Shown: positions 36,649 to 47,901, counted from the stretch's first letter. The stretch: 64,000 bases of DNA from an uncultured bacterium (GCA_963749495.1 CAVVMW010000021.1:416001-480000), one strand, 5' to 3'. Numbers and translations are program-made. Notes: a model not told the origin generated them from the sequence alone.

Positions 36649-39600
36649 TCACGGTGCGCGGGCGCGATAGTAGCGGGCCTGGGAAATGTTCGTGACGGTG
36701 TCAACGAACTCGAACCAGGCGTTCGTGCCGGTGCTTGAGGCATAGACCTGGCTCCATTGGACGAGATCCGTGGACGCCTCGATGTTGTACGTCCTCCCCG
36801 GAAGGCCCGCGACCCGGATCACCACCGAGTTGTTTGGAAGAAGGGTGATGGCGAGGGTGGGGCCTGTGGCCCCTGCTGTGACGGTGACAATGACCGTCCC
36901 CTGGGCGGAGGCGCTGCGGGAATCGCTCACCGTGTAGCTGAAGGAGTCCGTCCCAGTGAAGCCTGCCGGCGGGGTGTAGGTGATGGTCGAGTCACGCAGT
37001 TGGACGGAGCCGCCCTGGGAACTTGCGGCGGCGACTCCGCTAATAGTCAAGAAGTCGCCTTGCGAAGCCGTGCAGGCTTGGAGCAGCTTGAGAACCGACG
37101 AGGAATTAGGCTGGTTCGGCAGGGCCTGCATCGCATAGGCGCCAGCCGTGAAGCTGGGTGGTGCGGGCGGCACGCCCTTGACAATACGAAAGTTGAGCCG
37201 ATCCGCTACATATACAGTGCCTTGGTCGTTGATGGCCAAACCGGCAGGTTGGTTGAATCGCACGACGCTGCTGGGGCCGTCTGCGCTGCCCGTTTGACCC
37301 GGGCTGCCGGCCAGCGTCGTGACCAGTCCGGCCGGCGTGATCCTGCTAATTGTGTTATTCGCATTCGCCACATACACGTTGCCCGCGATGTCCACGGCGA
37401 CTCCATCGAATCGCAGCACGCCGCCGCCAACATTGTGGGCCAGGGTAGTGACCACGCCGTCAGGTGTAATCTTTCGAATCATGTAGTTTTGACTGTCCAC
37501 TACGAGCACATTGCCCGCGCGATCCACGGCGACGCCGCTGGGACCGGAGAACCGCGCGGCGCTGCCCGTGCCGTCCGCGCTGCCTTGCGCACCCGGGCTT
37601 CCAGCCAGAGTGCTGACCACACCGGCGGGCGTGACTTTGCGGATGGTGTTATTCAGGTAATCCGCCACATACACATTGGTCGCGCCGTCCAGCGCCAGGC
37701 CATAGGGTGAAAGACTGCCCGCCAGCGTGGTGACCTCTCCAGATGGGGTAATCGTGCGAATCGTGGAATTGTCACGGTCGGCCACATAGAGGTTGCCAGC
37801 AGCGTCCACTGCAACCCCCTGCGGGTTGCAGAACTGCGCTGCACTGCCCGTGCCATCCACGCTCCCGCACCTTCCTGGGTTGCCAGCCAACGTACGAACC
37901 AAATGAGCGGGCGTGACGATGCGGATTGTATCGCCTAGCAATGCGAGGGCACCCTCAGAGTCGGCAACGTACAGGTTGCCCGCGGCGTCCAACGCCACGC
38001 CCGAGGGCAGGGAAAACAGGGCAGTAACCGCAGGGCCGTCTGTGTTGCCCTGCAAACCCGGGGTTCCAGCCAACGTCGCCCACATGTGGTCGTAATACAC
38101 CCCCAAGTCCACATGCTCAGTGATTGCTCCGTAAGGGTTCGTTACCAGGACGCTATAGTCATAGGTTCCCCACGCGGCCGGTGTCGTAAAAGTGAAAATG
38201 CTGTTGGTAGCGCCGGCAATCAGGATTTCCCCACGCTGCCACTGGTAGGACAAGGGAGCCACGCCCGTGGCCACCACACCGAGTGTTACCGAATCCCCGG
38301 GATCGACTCGGAGGGAGGGCGGCGGCGGCACCAGGATGGCTAACCCCGAGGCATCGAAGCTCAACTGCGCGCCCGCGCTGGTGGCTGCAGCCGGCAAAGC
38401 TCGAGACCTCCACCGTGTAGCTGCCTTGTGTGCCAGCCTGGGCGTTGGTAATCACCAGCGTGGCATTGGTGGCTCCGGGGATGAGTTGGTCGTTGTGCCA
38501 CCATCGGTAAGCCAGATCGGGGCCTTGGGCGGCAACCGTAAAGCTGGCCTGGCCGCCGACTGCCACCCCCACATTGGTCGGCAGGGAAGTGATCAGCGGC
38601 ACCGAATCCATGACCAGGAAGGCCGTCTGGCTGTTTGTCTGGATGCCTGCGGCCGTGATGTCGACCCAGTAGCCGCCAGCCGAGGCGGCCTGGATGTTGG
38701 TCAGGACGAGGGACGACGCGGTCGCGCCGGCGATGGCGGCGCCGTCCTTGAACCATTGAAAAGCCAGCGAGAAATCGGCGGTGGCGACCACCGTGAGCGT
38801 CACATTTGTGCCCAACGCGACCGTTCCGCCTTGGGGCTGAGATAGAATGACTGGCCCGGGTCCGGGTGCAAGCGTCTCAAACGCGCCAATATCCGCCAGC
38901 GGTCCCTGTGGGCGGGAGATGCCGCGTTGATCGACTGGCGGGAACCCAGAGGGGATTGCCTCGAGAGCGGGGCTGGCGGGGGACAGGGCCATAGTGAAGG
39001 TCGGACCGCCGTGGTCAGCCAGGGGACCGAGCATTGGGTCGGTCTGGTTGAGGCTGGAGCCGGCGGAAAAGCCGGCGGTGCCATCCGAGCAAATATTGTG
39101 GCCCCCGTCGATCACGGCGCCCCAGAGATCCCCGCCGCTTGTGCTGTTGGCGATGATCGAACTGCGGACAATGACCGTGCCATGGGTGTTGTAGAGGCCA
39201 CCGCCTTGGCAAGCTACCGCCGGGCTACTTGGCGACCCTCCGTCGGCACGATTGCCGGCGATGGTCACGTTCACAAGGACCGCCTGGCCGCCTGCCACGC
39301 ACAGGGCGCCCCCAGAGCCGGGGCCACCGGGGCCATCCCCATACTCATAGGTCACTGGCCCGTCCCCTCCGGCCACGTAATTCGCTGCCCAGGTGGAATT
39401 GGTAGCCGCCAGGGCCCCTGAACTCCAAATCGCGCCGCCTTGACCCGGAACCGCCGGAGGCAGGATGTACTCGGCGGCGTAGGTGTTTCCCGCCTTCACT
39501 TTGTTGTTATCGAAAGTAGAGCCGTTGATCACCAGCGCGTTAGTCGAGCAAAGAGCTCCTCCGCGGGCCACCCCCGCCGGGTTCCCGCCACCGGCCACGC

Positions 39601-40663
39601 AACTGTTGCTCGAAAACGTCGAACCCCAAACATCGAGCGCTCCCGCGCTGAAGACCGCGCCGCCAGAGGCATCGCCCCCGGCGAAATAGTGATACTGGCT
39701 GATGACGCCGGTGGTGGCATTGCGGATAAACCGACACAGCCGAACCACCCCTGAGGAGCCTCGGTCCAGAAACAGCGCCCCGCCCAATCCGGCACTGCAG
39801 CCGCCATTGGCGCTGTTGCCATCGAGCACTGAACCGGAGAGCACCAACTCCGAGTTGGTCACATAGATGGCTCCGCCGAACCCCTCGCCGGCGACGCCAC
39901 CGACGTTCATCCACCCAGCGGCCGTGACCTGCGGTGCGCCGGCGGCACTGTTTGACGTAAAGCTGACCCCTTGCAAGTACACTTGCCCATTGGCAGAGTA
40001 AATGGCTGCGCCCAAACCCCGCCCCCCTGGGGCGAGCCCCACGCTGTCGGGCGAACCCGCGCCGCCCAGGGCCATGTTCCCGGCCAAAAGGCAATTAGTC
40101 AGCCCCATCGTGCCGCCCAGGTTGCACAGCGCGGCGCCGAAGCCATTGCCCCCCGCCAACGAGGGGCTGTCGAAGGCCGGTCCACTTCCCGCGCTACCCC
40201 CTTGACTGGAATGGTCCGTGAGCGCGCAGTCGGTGAGCGCCACGGTTGCGCCCAGGTTCAAAATGCCCGCGCCAAAAGCGTCCTGGCCCGGGCCGGGCGC
40301 ACCGCCACTGGCTCCGTTGGTGCCGACATAGCGTCCGTTGGCCAGGCTCAGCCTATTTAGAGAAAAGGCGACATTCGAGTTGACCTGGAACAACCGCACC
40401 GCGTTGCCGCCGCTGAGGGTCACGGCGAAGCCATTCGCATCCACAGAGGTGTCCTGGGCGATGACGATTGTGTTCGTAAGGGTGATGGTGCCCCCGCAGG
40501 CGAAGGTCACGGCGCCGCCGCCATTGAGGGCGGCCTGGAGATCGGCCTGGGTGCAATTAGTTACCGTGCCGGCCCCCCAGGCCATGCGACCCAAGGCCAG
40601 GACAGCCACCAGGATGCGAACCGACGAACGAGTGAGAAGCAGACTCCGACGACAGTGTTTCAT
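36649..40663 (-). CDS. Large secreted surface protein: beta-helix, Ig, NHL and Ig-like domains (frameshift near 38390)
   Basis: Signal peptide, GGAI repeats, DQRG..RPQG...DIGAFE, YQW Ig motifs, NHL P.GVAVD..GN.YVAD, C-terminal ASTDL..W...RYYR. Confidence 0.85.
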
Positions 40664-40806
40664 AGCGGCGCTTTCTTCGGCTGTTGACCAGGGAGATTGG
40701 TCACCTCGCGAGTGCGGAAATTAACTCAAGACCGAGTAATGATGTCAAGAAAAAGCTTCCCTCATCGGTAGGGCCGCAGTGGAGACGGAAGACGACGGAA
40801 GACGCG

Positions 40807-40917
40807 AAGCGTTTTGGACTGCGCCAGTCCTCTGGCGCTTTTGTGTTCCCAGGGTCCATAAAGCGGCAGAGGACTGCCGCAGTCCAAAACCTTCGGGTTT
40901 GGGGTCGGTTCATGGAG
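40807..40917. repeat. REP doublet, direct repeat of 36527-36636
   Basis: Same orientation and same tail. Confidence 0.85.
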
Positions 40918-40964
40918 GGGGGCTGCCCGCCGTGGAGCCCCCGCCTTCAATGAGGCCTTGCCCC

Positions 40965-41870
40965 TCACCCCCCTGCTTTGGCAGACAGGCCAGCGGCGCG
41001 GAAGATGTCCAGGAATTTCGCCATGGTCTCGGGGGAAGGGGGTTCGAGGCCATCGAGGGGGCTGCGTTTGCCCAGGCGCCGGAACTTGGGCACGCCGGTC
41101 AGATGGAACGGCAGCAGATTGGCTTGGCGCACGCCCGGGATACCAGCGGCAAAACGGGCCATGGCTTGCAGTCCATCCTCGTCGTCATTGATGCCGGGGA
41201 TAATGGGGACACGCACCCAGATTTGGCCATGGACGCGGCCGAGGGCTTTGAGGTTTTCGAGGATGGGCCCGTTGGGCGCGCCGGTGTATTGCTGGTGCTT
41301 GGCCGGGTCGGCGCATTTCAGGTCGTAGAGGAAGAGGTCGGTGAGCGGGGCAACGGCCAGGAAGTGGTCGAGCGGCGCCAGGCCGCAAGTGTCAATGGCG
41401 GTGTGGAGACCGCGGGCGCGGCAGGCGGCGAGGGCGGCGCGCAGGAAGTCGAACTGCAGGAGCGGTTCGCCGCCGGAGAAGGTCACCCCGCCCCCGGATT
41501 CCTCATAAAAGAGGCGGTCCTGACAGACCGCCTGGATGAGTTGCGCGACGCTCATCTCCTGGCCGACAATGCGGCGGGCCTCAGTGGGGCAGGCATCGGC
41601 GCAGGCGCCGCAGAGGGTGCAGTCCTGCTGGCGGACCGGCAGGGGGCCTTGGCCGGGCGCGGTGCTGCCGGCGGGGCACGCCAGCCGGCATTGCCCGCAG
41701 CCGACGCAATGGTTTTCCACGACCATCACCTCACGGCGGGGCGAAATCCCTTCCGGGTTGTGGCACCACGCGCAATCCAGGGGACAGCCCTTGAGGAAGA
41801 CGGTCGTGCGAATCCCCGGCCCGTCCTGGAGCGAGTACTTCTGGATGTGGAAGACTAAACCGTTCTGCAT
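40965..41870 (-). CDS. Glycyl-radical enzyme activating protein (radical SAM with ferredoxin insert)
   Basis: DGPGIRTTVFLKGCPLDCAWCHNPE, two CxxCxxCxxxCP motifs, GGVTFSGGEP. Confidence 0.93.
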   Translation of the reverse strand: MQNGLVFHIQKYSLQDGPGIRTTVFLKGCPLDCAWCHNPEGISPRREVMVVENHCVGCGQCRLACPAGSTAPGQGPLPVRQQDCTLCGACADACPTEARRIVGQEMSVAQLIQAVCQDRLFYEESGGGVTFSGGEPLLQFDFLRAALAACRARGLHTAIDTCGLAPLDHFLAVAPLTDLFLYDLKCADPAKHQQYTGAPNGPILENLKALGRVHGQIWVRVPIIPGINDDEDGLQAMARFAAGIPGVRQANLLPFHLTGVPKFRRLGKRSPLDGLEPPSPETMAKFLDIFRAAGLSAKAGG

Positions 41871-42065
41871 GTTGGGCGCGCGCGTCTGCCGCCAAGTGTA
41901 TCACACACGCCGGGCGGTTGAACGATAAATCGAGGCGCCGAGGGCCGAGTGTCGAGTGTCGAGTGTCCGGAGAGCGATGCGCTCCCCTCGTTCTCCGTCC
42001 CTCGACGCTCGGTTTTCGTCATTCGTCATTCCCCAACCCCAATCTAAGCCCTCCACTCCATGTCC

Positions 42066-42198
42066 CAGCAATTCTTCATTTTGGGGCCCTGCCGCATAAA
42101 TGCGGCGTTCCGGCCGGGTTCGGAACGCCGCATTTATGCGGCAGCGAGGCGCCGAAGCCAGAATGGCCGGGCTCCGAAGCCCAAAATGAGAATTGAGG
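42066..42198. mobile_element. MITE with central palindrome
   Basis: Ends CAATTCT(T)CATTTTGGG / CCCAAAATGAGAATTG; flanking duplication TCCATGTCC; central GCCGCATAAATGCGGCGTTCC inverted pair. Confidence 0.7.
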
Positions 42199-42243
42199 TC
42201 CATGTCCCCTTCCGTCTTGACGGTTTTACGGTAATATGGGAAA

Positions 42244-42525
42244 GTGGCTCATATTAAAACGACAGTCGAAATCCCAGATGACCTCTTTCGAGAGGCGAAG
42301 TCCCAAGCGGCACTGAGGCGAACGAAGCTGAAGGAGCTCGTCGCGGAGGGACTGCGATTGGTCCTGAGCGGGAACGTCGGGCAAGGCGCACCGAGGCGCG
42401 TGGAGTTTCCCATTATCAAGGCCAAGCCCGGCGCACCCATCCTCACCAAAAAGATGGTGGACGAGGTGGAGCTGCAGATGCTGAGGGAGGAGGCAGAGCA
42501 CCATGCCAAGCTTGTGCGACGTTAG
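42244..42525 (+). CDS. vapB: VapB-like RHH antitoxin
   Basis: KTTVEIPDDLFREAK..AA....LKELV.EGLR; overlaps the PIN gene. Confidence 0.8.
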   Translation: MAHIKTTVEIPDDLFREAKSQAALRRTKLKELVAEGLRLVLSGNVGQGAPRRVEFPIIKAKPGAPILTKKMVDEVELQMLREEAEHHAKLVRR

Positions 42526-42937
42526 CTTTCTGCTTCCCCTGTGTTACGCGCAGCACGAGCACCATCTGGTGGCCAAGAGTGATCTGGAGACTGTGTCGAG
42601 CAAGGGAGAACTGGCAGTCTGCCGCAACAGCCAATTGGGTTTGCTCCGGCTGCTGTCCAACCGGGTGGTCATGCAATCGAGCGTGTGCACCACGGACCAA
42701 GCATGGAGCGTGTACGACACCCTGATGTCGGACGATCGGTTTTGTTTTCAGGGGGAGCCAACCGGGGTGGAAACCAAGCTCCGGGAACTGACGCGGGGAT
42801 TGCCGTTTTCTCCAAAACTCTGGCAGGATGCTTACCTGGCGGCGTTTGCGGTCAGAGCGGGAATGCGGTTGGTCACGTTCGACGCCGGGTTCCGGCGGTT
42901 CAAAGGCTTGGAGTGCTCGATCCTCATGCCGAAATGA
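42503..42937 (+). CDS. vapC: VapC-like PIN toxin
   Basis: LCDVSFLL....HEHH, GLLRLLSN, WQDAYLAAFA, LVTFD.GF..F.GL. Confidence 0.88.
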   Translation: MPSLCDVSFLLPLCYAQHEHHLVAKSDLETVSSKGELAVCRNSQLGLLRLLSNRVVMQSSVCTTDQAWSVYDTLMSDDRFCFQGEPTGVETKLRELTRGLPFSPKLWQDAYLAAFAVRAGMRLVTFDAGFRRFKGLECSILMPK

Positions 42938-42940
42938 CTC

Positions 42941-43984
42941 CTACTTGTCTTCGCTCAGCAACCCATCCCTGGCCATGGTCTCCTGGAGTTCGAGGATGGT
43001 GGCGGTGCCGGTGGTGCCCAGTTTGTGGATGACGATGGAGGCGGCGGCGCTGGCCAGTTCGAGCGCCTCGCGCAAGCCGGCGCCGGCGGCAATCGCCGCA
43101 GCCAGGTTGGCCGAGACGGCGTCCCCTGCCCCGACGATGTCGATTTCTCCGCGAACCGGGAGGGCGGGGACATGCTCGACCTGGCCGCCGGGGGAGGCGC
43201 CGACTATGCCGCGTTCTGCCAGGGTGACGAAGACGGCGCGGTGACTGGCGTTGGCCAGTTCGAGGGCGGCGCGCTGGATGTCCTTGAAGTCGAGTTGGGC
43301 CTGGGCACCGGTGAGGGCGGCCAGTTCGGCGGCGTTCATCTTGAAGATGACCGGCGGGAAACCGCGCAGGCTGCGGCGGCTATCGGCCAGCACCAGCAGG
43401 TCCGGATGGAGGCGGGCGCTGTCACGCAAGGCCTCGAGGATACGCTGTGTGACAACGCCCGTCTCGGGGGTATCAACCTGGTCCAGGACGATGATGGCAT
43501 CGACGATCTTGGCAGCGTCCAGGACCCGGCTCATGAGCAAGCCCTGGACCAGGGATGGGGTGGGGGTCCAATTCTTGATGTCGAGGCGATTGAGCTCGGC
43601 AGGCGTTTTGCCCGGGGCCATGACGAGGGGCTTGGTGTAGGTGAAGGTGCGGCGTTGGGCGGTGCGCGCGAAGAAGCTCAGCCGGACGCCGGGCCGCTGC
43701 TCCAGGGCGCGCCACAATTCATAGCCCTCGCCATCGTCCCCGGCGAAGCCGATGGGATAGAGCGCGCCGATGCGGAGGGCGGCGAGGTTGTTAAGGATGG
43801 TGCCGGCGCCGCCGGGTTGGGCGCGGACGTTGACGACGTTGTGAACAGGGAGGCCGGTTTCGATGGAGACTTCGGCCCTGGCAGGGTCGATTTCGAGGTA
43901 GCGGTCCAGGCAGAAATCACCCAGGACGGCCATGCGAAGGCCGCTATAGCGCTCGGTAATGGCGTGGAAACGGTCCAGGTTCAT
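42941..43984 (-). CDS. PfkB-family kinase, RfaE/HldE kinase-like
   Basis: VLGDFCLDRY, PGGAG, IDIVGAGD, KLGTTGT. Confidence 0.88.
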   Translation of the reverse strand: MNLDRFHAITERYSGLRMAVLGDFCLDRYLEIDPARAEVSIETGLPVHNVVNVRAQPGGAGTILNNLAALRIGALYPIGFAGDDGEGYELWRALEQRPGVRLSFFARTAQRRTFTYTKPLVMAPGKTPAELNRLDIKNWTPTPSLVQGLLMSRVLDAAKIVDAIIVLDQVDTPETGVVTQRILEALRDSARLHPDLLVLADSRRSLRGFPPVIFKMNAAELAALTGAQAQLDFKDIQRAALELANASHRAVFVTLAERGIVGASPGGQVEHVPALPVRGEIDIVGAGDAVSANLAAAIAAGAGLREALELASAAASIVIHKLGTTGTATILELQETMARDGLLSEDK

Positions 43985-45093
43985 GCGTTCAATTGGCTGA
44001 GCAGGTTGTGCAGGAACACGGCATTGTCGCACTGGAGATAGCGCATCGCGCCGCCCATGCGTGAAAAGCTCTTGCAGAAGCGCAGATAATAGGCGGGATG
44101 GGTCTTGGGCGGCTCGCCCTTGGACCAGTCCCAATGGCCGCCGTCCTGGATGTCCACGACATAGATGGCGTGGCCGCGGACGATTGGGCGGCCGGCCTGG
44201 AGCCGGAGGTTGTTGACGCAGCTCAGGCTCTTCTCGAAGACCTGCGGGGCCATGATGGCCGAACCGACAACCAGGACGACGCCGCCGTCCAAGCCCTCCA
44301 CGGCGCGGCCGAAGAGGCGGAAATCGATTGCGGCGGCACGGCCGATGGCAGCGCCGTTGAACAAGGGATGGTTGGAGATAATGTCGTAGCCGATGCCCGG
44401 GTGGGCGGTCATGGGGACATTCCGCCTGAAGGCCTGGGCGAGGATCGACGTCTCCTTCCAGGGGTGGGGCGTCTCGATGCGCCCGGCGGGCAGTTGGCGG
44501 GCCTGCACGACTTGGAGCAGTTCGGCGCGGGCCGGGGCCAGCGGGTGCCTGGGTTCGGCCCGCAAGGCGGCCTCGAGCGACTCGGCAGAGGGCAGCGTCG
44601 TCCCCTCCTCGCAGATGAAACGCCCGAGGCTGCGGCCATAGCCTTCGTTGCGCAGCGCCCCGGCCAGCAGCGCCAGGTGGATGCAGCGGCCGGTTTCCTC
44701 CCAGGTGCCGAAGGTGCCTGTGGCCACATTGTCGCGCACGCTCTCTTCGGTGCGGCCCAGATAGGCCAGCTCCCAGTCATGGATCGTGCCGGCGCCGTTG
44801 GTGGCCAAGTGCGTGAGCCAGCCCCGCTCCACCAACCGGTTGACCACGCGCAGCAAGCCGCTCTTGAGGAGGTGCGCGCCGTACATGAGGATGACGGCCG
44901 CCCCGCGCTCGCGGGCAGCCGCCATTTGCCGGGCGCAGTCCCCAATGGCCTCGAGCATCGCCGCAGGACACGCGGGCGGTCGGGCCGCCGGGTCGCGCAG
45001 GAGTTGCTCGACCGAGGTCTTGCTCCTGCGTTCCGAGAGCGGATAGACCTTGAGTTTCGTCAGATCGAGCGGTTCAGGGAAATCCGCGCTCAT
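43981..45093 (-). CDS. Conserved hypothetical protein, deoxyhypusine-synthase-like fold (inferred)
   Basis: MYGAH..K.G, HLATNGAGTIHDWE, HPGIGYDI, VGSAIM.PQVFEK; coupled to the kinase. Confidence 0.7.
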   Translation of the reverse strand: MSADFPEPLDLTKLKVYPLSERRSKTSVEQLLRDPAARPPACPAAMLEAIGDCARQMAAARERGAAVILMYGAHLLKSGLLRVVNRLVERGWLTHLATNGAGTIHDWELAYLGRTEESVRDNVATGTFGTWEETGRCIHLALLAGALRNEGYGRSLGRFICEEGTTLPSAESLEAALRAEPRHPLAPARAELLQVVQARQLPAGRIETPHPWKETSILAQAFRRNVPMTAHPGIGYDIISNHPLFNGAAIGRAAAIDFRLFGRAVEGLDGGVVLVVGSAIMAPQVFEKSLSCVNNLRLQAGRPIVRGHAIYVVDIQDGGHWDWSKGEPPKTHPAYYLRFCKSFSRMGGAMRYLQCDNAVFLHNLLSQLNA

Positions 45094-45099
45094 CCGTGT

Positions 45100-45963
45100 T
45101 CATCCGTGGTTGGGATTTTCCGCTGCGGGCCCCGGCACGATCCGCTCCATCAAGGCAATGCCATCCCGAAAATCGGGAATGACAACGTCGGCGCCGACGC
45201 CCAGGAGGCGTTTGCGTTTCCAGGGGTCGAACTGGCCGGACCCATTGTGCGCCTCGTCGCTCGCCACCGCCACGGCCAGCCCGCCGGCCTCTTTGGTGTT
45301 CTCGATTTCCACGTAGCCGTCGCCAAAGGACAGGAGCCGGCTGCCCTCGATGCGGTTCTCCCGCAGTATCCGCTCGATGACCATCTTCTTGGAGAACTGC
45401 TTGTAGTCATCGAGCGCGCCGTAGATGCGCTCTCCGAAGTGGCGGACCAGGTCGAGCAATTGGGCCTCCTGTTTGACGAAGACCTCGTCGGTGCCGCTGG
45501 CCAGGTAAAGGGCCAGGCCGCGGCGCTGGAGGCTCTCCAGGAGGGGACGCGCGCCCCAGACCAGGAGGCTGTCGGGCGAGACGGCGCCCGAGCGCAGGGC
45601 CTCGAGGCGATGGTGAATCCTCACATCGAGCCGACGCAGGTATTCCTGCTTGTACCAGAGCGGGTCGCGAGGTGCGCCGCCCCTCTGGCGGATGCGCTCG
45701 GCCAACTGGATCATCTGGTAGATCGTCTGCTTGCCGTTGAGGCGCATGATGTCGTTTTCGCACAGTTGGCGGCGCGCCGCCTCGCTCTCGCCGGGCAAGG
45801 GCGGCAGCGCCTCGACGAACATCGGCAGCATCACTTCCGGCCATCCCTGCCGGATGAGCGAGAGCGTGCCGTCAAAGTCGAACAGCACATGGCTCACCCC
45901 GGGACGCGGGGCGAAACCGGGGCCGAACTCAATCTGCCCTCTGAATCGAGCTATCGAGGACAC
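45100..45963 (-). CDS. HAD-family hydrolase
   Basis: LFDFDGTLS, LASGT, SFGDG.VEI. Confidence 0.88.
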   Translation of the reverse strand: MSSIARFRGQIEFGPGFAPRPGVSHVLFDFDGTLSLIRQGWPEVMLPMFVEALPPLPGESEAARRQLCENDIMRLNGKQTIYQMIQLAERIRQRGGAPRDPLWYKQEYLRRLDVRIHHRLEALRSGAVSPDSLLVWGARPLLESLQRRGLALYLASGTDEVFVKQEAQLLDLVRHFGERIYGALDDYKQFSKKMVIERILRENRIEGSRLLSFGDGYVEIENTKEAGGLAVAVASDEAHNGSGQFDPWKRKRLLGVGADVVIPDFRDGIALMERIVPGPAAENPNHG

Positions 45964-46143
45964 CTGGGGCGAAGTGGCGTGGCGGGTGGCTCAAGAAGGC
46001 CCCTCGGGCGCGACGGCGTTTTGGACTGAGGCAGTCCCCTGCCGCTTTCTTGACCTTTGCGAGATGGAAAGCGGTCCCGATGATGGATCGGGACCGCGGT
46101 CCAAAACCTTGCGGCCTTCACGACGGCTCATGGCAAGGCGACC

Positions 46144-47058
46144 CTACGCATCGCAGATCTCGATGGCCTGCCTGAGCGAGGCCAAAGCATCGGCGCGTTT
46201 GGGAAGGAACTCCTGGCTGACATAGCCCTTGAAGCCGGTGGCGGCGATGGCCTTCATCACGGCGCGGTAGTTGATTTCCTGGGTCTCATCGATTTCGTTG
46301 CGGCCGGGCACGCCGCCGGTGTGGTAATGGCCGATGTATTGATGGTTGTCCCGGATCGTGCGGATCATGTCGCCCTCCATGATCTGCATGTGGTAGATGT
46401 CGTAGAGGAGCTTGAGCCACTCCGAGCCGACGCGTTTGCACAACTCGACGCCCCAGGCGGTGTGGTCGGCCATGTAATCATGATGGTCAACCTTGCTGTT
46501 GAGCAGTTCGAGGTTGACGAGGACTTTGTGTTTTTCGGCGATGGGCACCAGGCGTTTGAGGCCCTTGACGCAGTTTTCCAGGCCCTGTTCGTCGGGCATG
46601 CCGTTGCGGTTGCCGGAGAAGGTGATGATGTTGGGGAAGCCGTTTTGTGCAACCGGGGGGATGGCCTGCTCGAACTTGGCCAGGAGGTTGTCATGGTGCT
46701 CGACGCGGTTCCAGCCGTAGGGGATGTTGTCCGGGCCGTTGCACATGGCGCAGATCAGACCGGCCTTCTTGACCGCCGGCCATTCCGAGGGGCCGAGCAG
46801 TTCGACCGATTCCAACCCCATGCCCGCGCACTCGCGGCAAAAGTCCTCGAAACTCATCTTGGCGGGCCTGCCGTTGCGGGCATCCAGCAACGTGCCGTAG
46901 CACCACTTGCAGACCGAGTGGTGGATATTGCCCTTGAGTTTCGGGGCCGCCGCATCGGCGGCTGCCAGACGATGTGGGAGTGAGGCCATGGCCGCCAGCG
47001 CGGCCGTGCCACCAGTGATGCTCCGCAGCGCGGAGCGACGAGTCATGTTTTGGTTCAT
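46144..47058 (-). CDS. Tat-signal hydroxypyruvate-isomerase-like TIM-barrel protein
   Basis: TRRSAL Tat motif, ELLNSKVDH.DY, LLYDIYHMQIMEGD, HYHTGGVPGRNE. Confidence 0.9.
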   Translation of the reverse strand: MNQNMTRRSALRSITGGTAALAAMASLPHRLAAADAAAPKLKGNIHHSVCKWCYGTLLDARNGRPAKMSFEDFCRECAGMGLESVELLGPSEWPAVKKAGLICAMCNGPDNIPYGWNRVEHHDNLLAKFEQAIPPVAQNGFPNIITFSGNRNGMPDEQGLENCVKGLKRLVPIAEKHKVLVNLELLNSKVDHHDYMADHTAWGVELCKRVGSEWLKLLYDIYHMQIMEGDMIRTIRDNHQYIGHYHTGGVPGRNEIDETQEINYRAVMKAIAATGFKGYVSQEFLPKRADALASLRQAIEICDA

Positions 47059-47602
47059 TGGACGAAGTTACTCCGTGCGGTGCGCAAAAGGCACGACTTT
47101 TTTAGAAAGATGCGCCGCCCCACGCGAAGCGTTTAAACCATCCGGGGTTCCGGGCTTCGGAGGCGGTCTATGGGGCCGGCTCCTGCCGGCAGCGGAAGAA
47201 CTTCAGACCCGCGCCCAAGTCGGTATCGAACGCGGGAAAGAGGGGGCACCCCTGGGGCACGAACAATCGGCGCGGCCCCTTCGATGCAAACCGCCGCGCC
47301 CCGAAGCAAAAGGGCGCGCTCGGATCGTTGGCAGTCTGTCCGCCCTCTCCGGTCGAGCAGGGCCCGTTCTGTTGGTTGTCCGGTGCTGAACTCACAGGCC
47401 CATTGGACGACGCCGGCCCGGGAAAATTCAGACTTAGAGAGCGCGCGCGCACGACGCATTTCTTGGAGCGCCCATCCTGCCGCCTTTAGGCGGCAGCAAC
47501 GAATTCTGTCCTGCGCCCGGGAGGGCGCCGGGCTCATTTTTGAGCGTGACATTTGTGGGCGTTTCTTCGTAGGATTCAGGGAGTTAACTCGGACGAATTG
47601 GC

Positions 47603-47851
47603 ATGCGCGTGAAGATGCAGAAGCGATTGCGGCACTTTTCCCTCGACAACGGCCAGCAGGCTCCCGTCAACCTGCCCCTGGAATTCGAGGGCAGGCGGGT
47701 ATTCATCATCTGGGACCTTGTCGTTTTGGGCAGACACCAGTTCAAGGCGCGGATCGAAATCGATCCAAGGCTCCTGGAGCAATTGAACCGCCAGGGCACA
47801 GATTACTCTTACCGAGGCCGGCTCGTCCTGCCCCGGCCACAGGACAATTAG
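47603..47851 (+). CDS. Small hypothetical protein
   Basis: 82-aa ORF with natural composition just upstream of tyrA. Confidence 0.5.
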   Translation: MRVKMQKRLRHFSLDNGQQAPVNLPLEFEGRRVFIIWDLVVLGRHQFKARIEIDPRLLEQLNRQGTDYSYRGRLVLPRPQDN

Positions 47852-47901
47852 GGGCGAACTTGCCTCTTGAAAGTGAGGCCCTAAAGCCCGAAACTCGGGG
47901 C

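Noticed and set aside
47100..47600. Possible ncRNA or small gene upstream of the TIM-barrel gene
   Set aside because: No recognisable RNA motif and no convincing ORF
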